From positions 1,856,001-1,920,000 of the forward strand of contig OY781945.1 of assembly GCA_963677435.1 (NCBI GenBank): 64,000 bases of DNA, written 5' to 3'. Origin of the DNA: an uncultured Aliarcobacter sp. (GTDB lineage Bacteria; Campylobacterota; Campylobacteria; Campylobacterales; Arcobacteraceae). Under the pieces are notes generated by a model, which was not told the origin of the DNA, made no database searches, and was given only the letters and a program-made list of their open reading frames with translations. The stretch's first letter is position 1; each line of letters starts with the position of its first letter. This document shows positions 40,413-51,622 of the stretch, piece by piece. A program made the position numbers and the translations under genes.

Positions 40413-41247
40413 TTTTACTATAAACTTCTAAAACTCTTTTTATTTCACTGTTTGAACCAAAAAAACATGGAGTTGTATCATGAATATGAGTAGTCTCTAC
40501 ATCTAAAACTCTTTTAAATCCATCAACAGCACCACCACCAGCTTTTTCATAAGTTAAAGCAAAAGGAAATACTTCAAATAATTGTCTTAACTTTCCTTTT
40601 GGTCTATCAGTAGTTCCTGGATATGAAAATAATCCTCCACCTTTTAATAAAATTTGATGAAGATCTGGTACCATTCCGCCACTATATCTTAATCTATAAC
40701 CATCATTAAAAATATCATCAATTAATTGTTTATGAAAAGGTGTCCAACAATTTTGTGTTGAACCTGGTGCATTTAATTTACCTTTTTCATTTAGTTTAAT
40801 ATCTTGAATAAATTTAAATTCATTATTTAAAAGTCTGTACATTTTTACATCATTTGTTGTTACAACCATTTCAACTCTTGGTCCAAATACAACATAAACA
40901 GAAGCAACAATATTAGCAGCATTAAATTCATTTTCATAAATACCAAAAATTGAACCAACAGATAAATTTACATCAACTAAAGATGAACCATCTAATGGGT
41001 CATAAGCAATTAAATATTTTCCATTTTCATTTAAATTTACAATAGCTTCTTGTTCTTCACTAACTATTGCTTTAATTGATGAAATTTTTTTAAAAATGTC
41101 TTCAATAATTTCATCACTTGCAATATCAAGTTTTAATTGAGTGTCACCTGTTGAATTTTCGTGTTCACTTTTACCTGTATCGCCAGTTTGAATTAAATCT
41201 CTTATTTTAATTGCTGATTCTTCAATTGCTTTAATAATTTCTTGCAT
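40405..41247 (-). CDS. fbp: Class 1 fructose-1,6-bisphosphatase
   Basis: [26 protein letters not shown]. Likely start at 41247. Confidence 0.95.
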   Translation of the reverse strand: MQEIIKAIEESAIKIRDLIQTGDTGKSEHENSTGDTQLKLDIASDEIIEDIFKKISSIKAIVSEEQEAIVNLNENGKYLIAYDPLDGSSLVDVNLSVGSIFGIYENEFNAANIVASVYVVFGPRVEMVVTTNDVKMYRLLNNEFKFIQDIKLNEKGKLNAPGSTQNCWTPFHKQLIDDIFNDGYRLRYSGGMVPDLHQILLKGGGLFSYPGTTDRPKGKLRQLFEVFPFALTYEKAGGGAVDGFKRVLDVETTHIHDTTPCFFGSNSEIKRVLEVYSKNV

Positions 41248-41248
41248 T

Positions 41249-41746
41249 TTATACTCTCTTTGCATTTTTATTAATCCATAAGATTATCTCTTCTGGATTA
41301 TTTAAATCTAATATGTCTAAATCGTTAGGAATATCATTGTTATTTATAGTTTCATCACAAGCAATTGCATTTGAAACACTAAAATAACTCTCATCCAATC
41401 TATTTCTAAAAATAGAAATTCTTGGTAAGTCAAGACTTTTTAAACCTTCAACTAATAAATAATCAAAATCTTGAAATAGTTCAATCATTTCACCTATAGT
41501 TGATGTACTTTTTTTAAATAAAGTTGTTTTATTTGGACTTATAACAGCAACATCAGCACCTGTTTGAGAGAATTTAAAAGAATCTTTTCCTTCTCTATCA
41601 AAAACTGCTTTGTCTTTTGGATCATGTTTGATAATACAAACTTTAAACCCACTGTCATTGAGAATACTTGCTACTTTTATAATAGCAGTTGTTTTACCAC
41701 TATTTGACGGACCTGAAAAGGCTACTACTAATCTTTTTTTATTCAT
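41249..41746 (-). CDS. mobB: Molybdopterin-guanine dinucleotide biosynthesis protein B
   Basis: [24 protein letters not shown]. Confidence 0.93.
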   Translation of the reverse strand: MNKKRLVVAFSGPSNSGKTTAIIKVASILNDSGFKVCIIKHDPKDKAVFDREGKDSFKFSQTGADVAVISPNKTTLFKKSTSTIGEMIELFQDFDYLLVEGLKSLDLPRISIFRNRLDESYFSVSNAIACDETINNNDIPNDLDILDLNNPEEIILWINKNAKRV

Positions 41747-41817
41747 AAAGTGGATTTTATCTAAATGATTGTTAAAATTGTTTTAGTTCATTGAATTGTA
41801 ATTAAAATAAATTATGA

Positions 41818-42258
41818 TTAGTCATGTACAACTTGTATTTTTTTGAAATCAGGGTATATAAATGCACTAAACGGAACAATTAAAATCAATATTAACCATA
41901 ATAATTTATTACTTCTTTCTTTAAAACTATTTTTAGTTATCGATATTAAAGAATAAACCCAAATAATGATATAGTTTATTAAAAAAATCATAATAAATAA
42001 AAATAATCCAAAATATAATCCAATAGAAAGTAATATAAAATTTAAAATTAATTGAGTAATTAAAATAGTTGGTTTATATTTCGGTTTAATTTCTAAATAT
42101 GGAGATCTCATAATGTTTTTGACTGTAATTTCTGGTGAATTTCGTCTTAAAGTACTTTTTAAATTTCCATGAATTTTTATTCTTATATTCTTATTCTTTT
42201 TCATTCTTTGCCTTAGATATAACTTATTATTTAAATCATTGAATTCTGATGATAACAT
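41818..42258 (-). CDS. Hypothetical membrane protein (start uncertain)
   Basis: Three hydrophobic segments; C-terminal KLLWLILILIVP resembles PLDc_N. Confidence 0.5.
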   Translation of the reverse strand: MLSSEFNDLNNKLYLRQRMKKNKNIRIKIHGNLKSTLRRNSPEITVKNIMRSPYLEIKPKYKPTILITQLILNFILLSIGLYFGLFLFIMIFLINYIIIWVYSLISITKNSFKERSNKLLWLILILIVPFSAFIYPDFKKIQVVHD

Positions 42259-42356
42259 TTTTACTTGAAAATATAATAAAAAATTCTAAAAATTCGTTAG
42301 GTTGTCCTAAAGTTGAATTAATGTACAATATATATTATTAAAGTCATGGAGAATTT

Positions 42357-42836
42357 ATGTACAAAATGTTATTTCTTTTAATTATTTCACTTTTTTTTAC
42401 ATCATGTAGCAGTAAAAATAATGCATTTAAATATTTTGAAAAAGATGAAATAGAAACAAAAGGTGTTCAATATACAAAAAAAACTGATATATTAAAAAAT
42501 AAAGAAGTAGAAGTTATATTTTGGGCTACTTATTTAAATAAAATTGATAAGAATATTACTAATTTAAATAAAGAGTTATTCTTAGTATCTGTTTATTTTA
42601 CAAATAAAGAGTCACAAGATCTTATAAAAAATAATTACACTTTTTCATTAAATGGGAAAGATGCAATTAGTATTGAAGAAGTTGAAAAAGACAATGAAAA
42701 CTTCAAAAGTATAATGTTAAAAAATAGTTGGGGGAATTATTATTTAGTTAAATTTGATGCCCAAGACAGCTATAAATTAACATTAAAACTAAAAAGTAAG
42801 AGTTCTAATTCGGCGCAACTAAGCTTTGAAAAATAG
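42357..42836 (+). CDS. Putative lipoprotein
   Basis: Lipobox FFTSC after a hydrophobic signal sequence. Confidence 0.8.
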   Translation: MYKMLFLLIISLFFTSCSSKNNAFKYFEKDEIETKGVQYTKKTDILKNKEVEVIFWATYLNKIDKNITNLNKELFLVSVYFTNKESQDLIKNNYTFSLNGKDAISIEEVEKDNENFKSIMLKNSWGNYYLVKFDAQDSYKLTLKLKSKSSNSAQLSFEK

Positions 42837-44457
42837 TTGAAAGAGATATTTTATTTTTACTATCTAAATAATTATTATAAATATAATAATTAGCTAATAC
42901 TTTTTTCCCATAATCTCTTGTTTCAGAAAATGAGATTAATTCCATACTTAAAAAAGGTTCATATTTATTTTTATTTTTAAATAAACCTTTATTGAGTTGG
43001 CTTCTTGCATATCCAGCACCACCATTATAAGCATAAGCTATAAATAGTGGATTATTGTTAAATTGCTTCATCAATGAATCTAAATGAAAACTCCCATATT
43101 TTATATTTTTATTTGGTATAAATTGTTCATAAATATTATAATCTTCACTTAATTTTTTTGATATATCTTCTGATAAAAATGGCATTATTTGCATAACACC
43201 TTGAGCAGATGAAGATGAAATAGATGAAGGAATAAAATGACTCTCTTGTCTTGCAATTGAGTAAATTAATACTTGTTTATTAATATCTAAATTTTGTATT
43301 ATATTTCTATATGGAGTAATAAAATATTGTTTTTTATATTTATAATATCTTTCTAAAATAAAAGCATGATGCGCTAAAGTATTTTCATCTGAAAATAAAT
43401 TTTCATATTTTAGTAATTTTTGATCATCAAAATTCTTTTTTGTATCATCTAAAACTTTCATCCATTCAAATTGATCAAATATATTAAATGAAGATTTTTC
43501 ATTTTTTAAAGGAATTTTATATTCAATATTATCAACTTTAAGATCCAACAACTCTTTTGCATATAAAGAGTATATGTTATTATCCCAACTTTGTGCTAAT
43601 TCTTGTAAGTAAGATTGATTTTTAGTTAATAAATAGAGCCAAAATAGAGATTTGTCTTTATGAAATCTTAAATATGCTTTGTTATTAGCACCATTGAAAA
43701 AATTTAATGCAATAGATATATTATTGTTATTTACAGCATTTATTCCTAATGAGAATAAGTTATCAGAAGTCATGTCTTTATGATTTTTTGCCATTAATAA
43801 TGATTTCTGCAAATTATTTAAGCCATTTTCATAAATTACATATCGAAGAAATCTCTCAAAGCTTTTATCTTTTGAGATTTTATCAACTAAATCTTGGCTT
43901 AGTGGTTTGTTAAAGAATTTTATTCTATAACTTTTATTCAAACCAAAAAAAAGTCTAAAAAATCTATCTAAATCTGAATTTACTAAAGAATTAAAAGGAT
44001 CATCAGAAGCAATTACTTGTAAATCATTTTTTAAAGTAGGGTAGGCATCAAGCTTAGTAATAAAAAAGTTTAAATCTTTTTTTGAAAGTTGAGTTGCTTC
44101 ATTTAAGGATAATCCCAAAGCAATACATCTTGAATCTTCATTTTTTAATTGCTCAATATTAGCTCTATAGCATTTTAGGTCTTCTTCAGGAATAGTTTTA
44201 TACTTTTTATTATAAATTTTTTTTATATTTGAATTTGTTGGATTTGCCATGTTATAAGCAATTTTTGCATCTTCAATTGAAATATTATCTTCATTTAAAT
44301 ATTGAAGAATAAAAAAATCTCTTGCATAAGATTTTGGTTTTTGTTCAAGCCATTCTAAAGTAACTTTAAAATCTTTTTGAAATATATCTGTAGTAGATGC
44401 ACTAACAGATATATTCAATAAAAAAGCAGTACTAACTGAAAATAAAAGTTTTTTCAT
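42805..44457 (-). CDS. Soluble lytic transglycosylase
   Basis: IARQES, GVMQIMP, AYAYNGG, ETRDY; signal peptide. Confidence 0.92.
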   Translation of the reverse strand: MKKLLFSVSTAFLLNISVSASTTDIFQKDFKVTLEWLEQKPKSYARDFFILQYLNEDNISIEDAKIAYNMANPTNSNIKKIYNKKYKTIPEEDLKCYRANIEQLKNEDSRCIALGLSLNEATQLSKKDLNFFITKLDAYPTLKNDLQVIASDDPFNSLVNSDLDRFFRLFFGLNKSYRIKFFNKPLSQDLVDKISKDKSFERFLRYVIYENGLNNLQKSLLMAKNHKDMTSDNLFSLGINAVNNNNISIALNFFNGANNKAYLRFHKDKSLFWLYLLTKNQSYLQELAQSWDNNIYSLYAKELLDLKVDNIEYKIPLKNEKSSFNIFDQFEWMKVLDDTKKNFDDQKLLKYENLFSDENTLAHHAFILERYYKYKKQYFITPYRNIIQNLDINKQVLIYSIARQESHFIPSSISSSSAQGVMQIMPFLSEDISKKLSEDYNIYEQFIPNKNIKYGSFHLDSLMKQFNNNPLFIAYAYNGGAGYARSQLNKGLFKNKNKYEPFLSMELISFSETRDYGKKVLANYYIYNNYLDSKNKISLSTIFQSLVAPN

Positions 44458-44460
44458 ATT

Positions 44461-44733
44461 TTAGAAAAATAAGTTTTTTAAAAATGTCTCTAAAAAGATT
44501 AAAGCAAATATCAAAATTAAAGGAGCTAAATCCATTCCACCAATTACTGTAGGGATATATTTTCTTATAAATGCATAAGCTGGTTCTGTTAATCTATAAA
44601 GCATTTGAACAATTGGATTATATGGATCTGGTCTTACCCAACTTAAAAGGGCAGAAATAATAATTACCCATTTATATAAAGAAATAATAGTTAAAACTAT
44701 TGTAAATATCGAAGTTAAAAGTGCATCTGTCAT
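44461..44733 (-). CDS. YggT family membrane protein
   Basis: [12 protein letters not shown]...LTEP...GGMDLAP. Confidence 0.92.
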   Translation of the reverse strand: MTDALLTSIFTIVLTIISLYKWVIIISALLSWVRPDPYNPIVQMLYRLTEPAYAFIRKYIPTVIGGMDLAPLILIFALIFLETFLKNLFF

Positions 44734-46031
44734 TTTACAATTTCTCCTAAATAATTTTTAATTAAAGGATAAATATCTGAAATATCTGGGCCATTATTAC
44801 TACCTGTTAAAAGGTATTTTAAAGGTTCAGAAAGATTTTTTCCATTTAAATTTGTTTGTTCTGCAATATGCTTTTTTAATTCTTCAAAATCATTAAAAAA
44901 AGGTGCTTTTTGCATACATTCTTTTACTTTTATAAACTCTTCCACAAAACTTTTACAATTGGTTTTAAGAGCAAAAATAGAAGAGATTTTTTCTTTTATC
45001 TCTTTTATTGTACTTGTTTCTTGCAGAAAAACTTTTCCAAGTTTCCCAATATCTGTATCTGCAAAACCAAGGATTTTAGATAATCTCATATCATCAAGAG
45101 CTTCTATATGTTTTTTGTTTATTGATTTTAGTTCATCAATATCAAATGTTGCTGGAATTTTTGAGATATTTTCAATATTAAACCATTCAATTGCTTCTTC
45201 TAAAGTAAAAATTTCACTTGGTGTTTCATTACCCATTAAAACTAAATAGTTAGCTATTGCACTTGGTAAAAAACCTTCTTCGATTAGCCATTTTACTGAA
45301 TTTGAATTATCTTTTCCTGATATTTCTTTCCCAGTTTGAGAATCTAAAATAATTGGTAAATGTATATATTTTATCTCTTTTTTATAACCTAATAAATCTC
45401 TTACATGGATTTGTTTAGGCGTATCAAAGATATGACTTTCTTCACAAATAACGACAGAGATATCCATTAGCATATCATCTATTGCACATGCATAATTATA
45501 TCTAGGTGTTTTATCCTGTTTTAAAATAATAAAAGAGTCAATATCAAGAGGTGTGTAATCAAAATCACCCTTTAATAAATCTGTAAATTTTATATTATTA
45601 ACAGGTATTTTAATTCTTACTGTAAAGGGTGCATTTATATTTAAAACTGTTTCATCTGATAAGTTTTCACAAAAACCATCATAAGAAAATTGTTTTCCGT
45701 CTTTATTTGCTACTTCTTTCAATTCATCAAGTTTATCTTCACTACAAAAACATGCAAATGCTTTTTTTTGAGTCATTAGTTGTAAAGCCATTTTTTGATG
45801 ATACTTCAAGTTTGCACTTTGATAAAATAAAGATTTATATTCAATAGAAAAAAGACCTAGAATTTCTAAAATTTCTTTATCTTTTCCCTCAATATTTGAC
45901 TCTGTATCAATATCTTCAATTCTTATTATTAACTCTTGTTTTAATTGTTTTGAGACAATATAATTAAAAATAGCAACTCTTAAACTACTAATATTCATAT
46001 TTTTCGTTGGGCTTGGATTAAATCTTAGCAA
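44730..46031 (-). CDS. gltX: Glutamate--tRNA ligase paralog (GluRS2-type) with degenerate catalytic motifs
   Basis: GluRS layout ([31 protein letters not shown]), but HIGH reads NISS and KMSKR reads EISGK. Confidence 0.85.
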   Translation of the reverse strand: MLRFNPSPTKNMNISSLRVAIFNYIVSKQLKQELIIRIEDIDTESNIEGKDKEILEILGLFSIEYKSLFYQSANLKYHQKMALQLMTQKKAFACFCSEDKLDELKEVANKDGKQFSYDGFCENLSDETVLNINAPFTVRIKIPVNNIKFTDLLKGDFDYTPLDIDSFIILKQDKTPRYNYACAIDDMLMDISVVICEESHIFDTPKQIHVRDLLGYKKEIKYIHLPIILDSQTGKEISGKDNSNSVKWLIEEGFLPSAIANYLVLMGNETPSEIFTLEEAIEWFNIENISKIPATFDIDELKSINKKHIEALDDMRLSKILGFADTDIGKLGKVFLQETSTIKEIKEKISSIFALKTNCKSFVEEFIKVKECMQKAPFFNDFEELKKHIAEQTNLNGKNLSEPLKYLLTGSNNGPDISDIYPLIKNYLGEIVK

Positions 46032-46034
46032 AAC

Positions 46035-47330
46035 TTATTTCCTTACTATTGAAAAAGTTAAGTTATTTATTTCATTATGAGACTTAATGTATGTATTTAA
46101 ATCATCTAATTGTAAATTTTGGATTTTTTCTAACTCTTTTACTGAATAATCTGGTGCTAATCCTCTATAATATAGAGTAAATGCTCTATTTAATCGTTGA
46201 GATAATGTTTCATTTCTAAGAGGTTCACTACCAGTTAAGAAATTTTTAGCAGCATCTAGTTCATCTTTTGTCACACCTTCTTCTACAAATTGAGCAACGA
46301 TTTGTGAAACTAACTTTTCTGCTTCACTAGCAGTTTCATTTTTAGTTTGTAAGTAACCATTAAAATATGAATGTGATTTATTTATTGAAATAGAACCATA
46401 AGCACTATATGCTAGACCTCTTTTTACTCTTATTTCTTCCATTAATCTTGAACCAAAACCTGAACCACCTAAAATAAATGAAGCTACTTTTGCTTTATAA
46501 TTTTCTTCATCTTTTGAATCTACATTAAAAGAACTTCCAAAATAGATATAAGCTTGTTCAGTTTGCTTTATTAAGGTTTTTTCTTCTTTTTTAGAAGTAA
46601 AATTAATTTTTTCTAATTCAATCTTTTTACCAACATTTATTGTTTCTAAAAGAGGTTTAACTAAATTTTCAAACTCTTTTAAATCAAAATCTCCACCTGC
46701 AACAATAATCAAATTTTCTAAACATACTGTTTGAGATATAAAGCTTTCTATATCTTTTAGCTCTATTTTTGAAATACTCTCAATTGTTCCAGATGCAGCA
46801 TTTTCAAGTGCGGTTCCTTTAAATAATAGAGATTTTAATTGATTTTGTGAAACATAATCAAAATCATTCTCTTTTCTTTTCAAAGAACCTGTTTGAATTG
46901 TTTTTAATTTATCTAATGTATTTTGTGTAAAATTTGGTGATTTTAAAAGTGAATTCAAAAGTTCTATACCTTTTTGAGATTCTTCTTTTAAACTTGATAA
47001 TTCAATAACAAATGTTTCAAAACCAGTAGAAGCTGATAATGAAATTGCATTTTCATCTAATTTTTCAGCAAATTTAGTAGCACCTAATTCTTTAGTACCT
47101 TCATTTAACAATTTTGAAGATAAAGATGCTAATCCACTCTTATTTTTGTCTTGAATATAGCCTGAGTTCTGAAAAACTAATTGTAAATTTAATATTGGTA
47201 AACTTTTTTGTTCTTCAAAAACTACAGGTATTTGTACACCTTTTATATCAATATGCTTTATCATTGCACCCATTAAACTTCCTTGTAATATTGCTATTAT
47301 GAATAAAAAATAAAATCCTATTTTTCTCAA
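46035..47330 (-). CDS. M16 family peptidase-like protein (non-catalytic type)
   Basis: ILGGSGFGSRLMEEIRVKRGLAYS; no HxxEH motif. Confidence 0.87.
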   Translation of the reverse strand: MRKIGFYFLFIIAILQGSLMGAMIKHIDIKGVQIPVVFEEQKSLPILNLQLVFQNSGYIQDKNKSGLASLSSKLLNEGTKELGATKFAEKLDENAISLSASTGFETFVIELSSLKEESQKGIELLNSLLKSPNFTQNTLDKLKTIQTGSLKRKENDFDYVSQNQLKSLLFKGTALENAASGTIESISKIELKDIESFISQTVCLENLIIVAGGDFDLKEFENLVKPLLETINVGKKIELEKINFTSKKEEKTLIKQTEQAYIYFGSSFNVDSKDEENYKAKVASFILGGSGFGSRLMEEIRVKRGLAYSAYGSISINKSHSYFNGYLQTKNETASEAEKLVSQIVAQFVEEGVTKDELDAAKNFLTGSEPLRNETLSQRLNRAFTLYYRGLAPDYSVKELEKIQNLQLDDLNTYIKSHNEINNLTFSIVRK

Positions 47331-47332
47331 AA

Positions 47333-48406
47333 CTAGAACCTTTCTAAAATCTCATAAGCTGTATTTCTTTTTGCTGGATTTTCACCTATATCTTTAATAA
47401 GTCTAATCATCTCTTCTTGATTCATTCTGTTTACTGCACCTGCTGCTTTTACAACATTTTCTTCCATCATTGTACTACCAAGATCATTTGCTCCAAATTT
47501 AAGAGCTAATTGACCAATATATGACCCTTGCGTTACCCAAGAACTTTGCATATTTTTGAAATTATCTAAATAAAGTCTTGAAACAGCTAATAATCTTAAA
47601 TATCTATTTGAAGATTGAGGTTTAATATCTGGAATTTCTGCTTTTAGTTGAGTATTTGCTCCTTGAAAAGACCACATAATAAAGGCTCTAAATCCACCTG
47701 TTTTATCTTGTAATTTTCTCAATAATTCCCAATGTTCAATAATTTCTTCATCAGTTTCAACTGTTCCAAACATCATAGTAGCAGTTGTTTTCATACCAAT
47801 TGAGTGAGCTAATTCATGAACTTCAATCCATTCAAGACTATCCATTTTATTTGGAGCAATTATATCTCTTACTCTATCACTTAAAATTTCTGCTCCAGCT
47901 CCTGGAATTGAACTTAAACCTTTTATTTGAAGTCTTTTTAAAACTTCTAAAATTGAAATTTTTGATACTTTTGCAATATATTTAATTTCAATTGCAGAGA
48001 ATCCATGAATAGTAATTTGAGGATATTTAGTATGAATATGATCAACTAATTCTTCGTAATAATCAATTTTTAACTTTGGATGAACTCCACCTTGAAAAAG
48101 TATTTGTGTTCCACCAATAGCCAATAATTCATCAATTTTTTGATCAATTTCATCAAATTTTAATACATATGAATCTTCATCTCGTCCATGTCTATAAAAA
48201 GCACAAAATTTACAATCAACCCAACATACATTTGTATAGTTAATATTTCTATCAACTATAAAAGATGTAGTTTTATCAGGATGTAATTTATTTTTTACAG
48301 CCGTAGCCATTTCACCTAATTCAAGCAAAGATGCATTTTGTATTAAATATAAAGCATCTTCATTTGTTAATCTTTTTTTTAAATCTATATCAATTTTTTT
48401 AATCAT
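47333..48406 (-). CDS. mqnC: Cyclic dehypoxanthine futalosine synthase
   Basis: RNINYTNVCWVDCKFCAF, PGAGAEIL, QSSWVTQG, GSTMMEENV. Confidence 0.93.
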   Translation of the reverse strand: MIKKIDIDLKKRLTNEDALYLIQNASLLELGEMATAVKNKLHPDKTTSFIVDRNINYTNVCWVDCKFCAFYRHGRDEDSYVLKFDEIDQKIDELLAIGGTQILFQGGVHPKLKIDYYEELVDHIHTKYPQITIHGFSAIEIKYIAKVSKISILEVLKRLQIKGLSSIPGAGAEILSDRVRDIIAPNKMDSLEWIEVHELAHSIGMKTTATMMFGTVETDEEIIEHWELLRKLQDKTGGFRAFIMWSFQGANTQLKAEIPDIKPQSSNRYLRLLAVSRLYLDNFKNMQSSWVTQGSYIGQLALKFGANDLGSTMMEENVVKAAGAVNRMNQEEMIRLIKDIGENPAKRNTAYEILERF

Positions 48407-48420
48407 TTTTTCTCACTAAT

Positions 48421-50676
48421 TTAGAAACTTGAACCTAATGAGAATTCAAATGATGAAGTATCATCACCATCTTCTGCATCAAGAGCATGAGCAAAAATTA
48501 ATTGTAATGGACCCATTGGAGAAATCCATTCAAGTAATGCTCCTGTTCCAGATCTTTTTACATCTGTAAAGGTATCTTGCCCAATCATACCATAATCGTA
48601 AAATAATCCCCATCTCATTTTTGCACTTGGAATTAATGGGAAACTCATTTCAGCAGAGTTTGCCCACAAATTTTTGTAAGGATCTGTTTGATAACCTGAT
48701 TGATTTGAAGGAAATGCATAAGATTTATATCCTCTTAAAGTTTTTGCACCACCAAGATATAAAGAATCTCCTTGATTAATTTGACCATTATCTACTAAAA
48801 TTTTCATTTGAGTTTTAAGTCTTAAAACCCAATCAAGTTCTGTTAAATCTTCTAAAGAGTAAAAATATTTAGCATAAGTACTTGATTTAAGATATTTAGA
48901 ATCACCACCAACTCCTGCATATTCAAGGGAAGTTCCAGCTTTTATTCCTTCTCTTGGCATATAAAAGTCATCAGTATTATCAAAATTCAAATAAGGAGTA
49001 ATTGAACTTGATGTATAGTCTTGAGATTCATAAATTTTTCTACTTGTGTCTCTTGATGCTAAGAAATCTGAATTATAATCATAAGTTTCACTAACAAAAT
49101 CAAGTTTGTATCTAGCTCCCGCATATAAATCTCTAACTATTTGTTTTCCAACTGCAACAGAGAAACCTTGTGTTTTAATATCTGAATCATATTTATCTCT
49201 ATTAATTTCTGATTTCGAATTATGAACTTCTACTTCTCCATTATAATCACTATCATTAATAGCAGGATTTTTTAAACTAACTTCAAATCTAGTTGTTCTT
49301 GCTGATAAATCTGCACTTAATCCTAATCCTAATCCTGAACCAAACATATTTGCTTCATTAATTGAACCATTTACCATTACTTTATCATAAGAACCATATC
49401 CACCACCAAGCATAAGTGAACCAGTAGCAGCTTCTGTAACTTTAACAACAATGTCAAGTTTTTCATCACTAATTCTTTTTTCTTCAATAACTACATTTTC
49501 AAAAAATCTTGATCTTTTTAATTTATTAGTTGAATCTTTAAAATCAGTTAAGTTATATAAATCTCCAGGAGCTAAGTAAACATCTCTTCTAATTACTCTA
49601 TCAAGTGTTTTTGTATTTCCAGATATTTTTACATCATTAATATAAACTTTTTTACCTGGTACTACATTAAATACAACATCAACTTTTGAATTCTTTTCAT
49701 CTTTTATTAAATCAAATTTAACATCAGTAAATGCATAACCTTTATCAGCTACTTGTGTTCTTATATATTCTTGGTCAGCTCTTAATTTTTTAATATTAAA
49801 AGTATTACCAACAATTAATTTTAGTTCAGGATAAATTGTTTCAGGATCAACAATTGAAGAGTCTAAATATATTTTTATATTACTAGTTGTATATTTTGTT
49901 CCTTCTGTAACAAAAAAGTCTAATTTAGCTTGATCTGAAGCAAAATCGATATCTAAAAAAGGCTCTTTTACTTGCGCATCTAAATAACCTTTTTCAAAAT
50001 ACAATTCATTAATTCTTTTTGAATCGTATTTTAATTGATCAATTTTTACTTCACCATCATTTTGTCCAAACCACCAAGAAGCAAACTCTTTTTCTTTATT
50101 TGCTGTAACATTATCAAAATCATCTTGTTCTAAGGCATTAGCTCCATGATAATTTGCTTTTTTGATGATAATTTCATCACCTTTATTTACATTAAATGTA
50201 ACTTTTAAAGCTTTATCATTTATATTTTCAATTTCAGTTTCTACAACTGAATTTATATATCCTTCACTCTCTAGCATACTTAAGAGTTTCTCTTTTGCTT
50301 CTTTAACTCTTTTTTCTGTATACATCGCACCTTTTTTTAGATTTATAGCAGTTCTAACTGCATCAAGATCCTCAGCTCTTGATTTATAACCTTTTATATC
50401 AACATTTGAAATTGATGGTTTTTCTTTGAAGACAAATTTCAAAATTCCATTTTCATTAGAAACTGTTATATCATCAAAATAACCAAATTTATAGAACTTA
50501 AGCAGTGCTGCATTAAGCTTTTCATTATTAACATCATCACCAACTTTCATTGCTAATGTTTCATTTAAAATTTCTGGAGATAACTTATTTACATCTTTGT
50601 ATTCTATAGATTTTATTGTATCTGCGCTTAGTGCCGCTGCACAAGCTAAAGAAAATAGTACGACTTTATTTTTCAC
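48421..50676 (-). CDS. bamA: Outer membrane protein assembly factor BamA
   Basis: POTRA repeats (GNTKTLDRVIRR), LRGY, WISPMGPL, terminal Phe. Likely GTG start at 50676. Confidence 0.95.
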   Translation of the reverse strand: MKNKVVLFSLACAAALSADTIKSIEYKDVNKLSPEILNETLAMKVGDDVNNEKLNAALLKFYKFGYFDDITVSNENGILKFVFKEKPSISNVDIKGYKSRAEDLDAVRTAINLKKGAMYTEKRVKEAKEKLLSMLESEGYINSVVETEIENINDKALKVTFNVNKGDEIIIKKANYHGANALEQDDFDNVTANKEKEFASWWFGQNDGEVKIDQLKYDSKRINELYFEKGYLDAQVKEPFLDIDFASDQAKLDFFVTEGTKYTTSNIKIYLDSSIVDPETIYPELKLIVGNTFNIKKLRADQEYIRTQVADKGYAFTDVKFDLIKDEKNSKVDVVFNVVPGKKVYINDVKISGNTKTLDRVIRRDVYLAPGDLYNLTDFKDSTNKLKRSRFFENVVIEEKRISDEKLDIVVKVTEAATGSLMLGGGYGSYDKVMVNGSINEANMFGSGLGLGLSADLSARTTRFEVSLKNPAINDSDYNGEVEVHNSKSEINRDKYDSDIKTQGFSVAVGKQIVRDLYAGARYKLDFVSETYDYNSDFLASRDTSRKIYESQDYTSSSITPYLNFDNTDDFYMPREGIKAGTSLEYAGVGGDSKYLKSSTYAKYFYSLEDLTELDWVLRLKTQMKILVDNGQINQGDSLYLGGAKTLRGYKSYAFPSNQSGYQTDPYKNLWANSAEMSFPLIPSAKMRWGLFYDYGMIGQDTFTDVKRSGTGALLEWISPMGPLQLIFAHALDAEDGDDTSSFEFSLGSSF

Positions 50677-50776
50677 AACTATCCTTAATTTCATTATAGG
50701 TCAATAATATACCTAAATATAGTTTATATAAATATTAAGATATAATCTTATTTCAAATTATTAGAAGGGTTATATT

Positions 50777-51607
50777 TTGAATATAGGAATTATTGGTTTA
50801 GGACTGATGGGTGGTTCTTTAGCAAAAGCTGTAAAAAGATATGGTATTGCAAAAAAAGTCTATGGTTTTACAAACAGTGAAAAAAATAAAAAAGATATTT
50901 TGGATTTAAATTTAGTTGATGAATTAGTTGATTTAGAAACATTAAAAAAAGTTTCAGATGTAATTATTTTAGCAATTCCAGTTGATGCAATAATTGGAAT
51001 GTTTCCTAATTTTTTAGATATTGATGATAATACAACAATTATTGATATGGGTTCTACAAAAGAGTATATTGTAAAAAATATTCCGAATAAAATAAGAAAA
51101 AACTTTATTGCTGCTCATCCAATGACAGGAACTGAAAAATCAGGACCAAAAGCTGCTATAGATGATTTATATGAAGGTAAAACAGTTGTTTTTTGTGATT
51201 TAGAAGATAATGGTAATTTACATGTAAATAAAGCTTTTAAAATTTTTCAAGCTATTGGAATGAGAATTGTAGTAATGGATAGCAATCAACATGATATCCA
51301 TGCTTGTTATATGTCTCATTTACCGCATATTCTATCTTTTTCTCTTGCAAATACAGTAATGAGTCATGAAGACCCAAAATCAATTATTGCACTTGCTGCT
51401 GGTGGATTTAAAGATATGAGTAGAATTGCAAAATCAAGTCCACGAATGTGGGGAGATATTTTTAAACAAAATAGAAAAAATCTTTTAGCTTCTATTGATT
51501 TATTTGAAAGTCAACTACAAAATGCTAGAAAAATGGTTGAAGAAGAAAATTATGAAGATTTAGAAAAGTGGATGAAAAAAGCCAATACTCTACATGAGAT
51601 ACTATAA
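50777..51607 (+). CDS. tyrA: Prephenate dehydrogenase
   Basis: GLGLMGGS, DMGSTK, HPMTGTE, SHLPH, GFKDMSRIA. Confidence 0.95.
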   Translation: MNIGIIGLGLMGGSLAKAVKRYGIAKKVYGFTNSEKNKKDILDLNLVDELVDLETLKKVSDVIILAIPVDAIIGMFPNFLDIDDNTTIIDMGSTKEYIVKNIPNKIRKNFIAAHPMTGTEKSGPKAAIDDLYEGKTVVFCDLEDNGNLHVNKAFKIFQAIGMRIVVMDSNQHDIHACYMSHLPHILSFSLANTVMSHEDPKSIIALAAGGFKDMSRIAKSSPRMWGDIFKQNRKNLLASIDLFESQLQNARKMVEEENYEDLEKWMKKANTLHEIL

Positions 51608-51619
51608 ATATAGTATCTC
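51596..51619. terminator. Hairpin between convergent tyrA and folP
   Basis: GAGATACTATA-AA-TATAGTATCTC followed by a T run. Confidence 0.6.
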
Positions 51620-51622
51620 TTT

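Noticed and set aside
46035..47330. M16 peptidase lacking HxxEH as a novel pseudoenzyme
   Set aside because: Non-catalytic M16B subunits are common.
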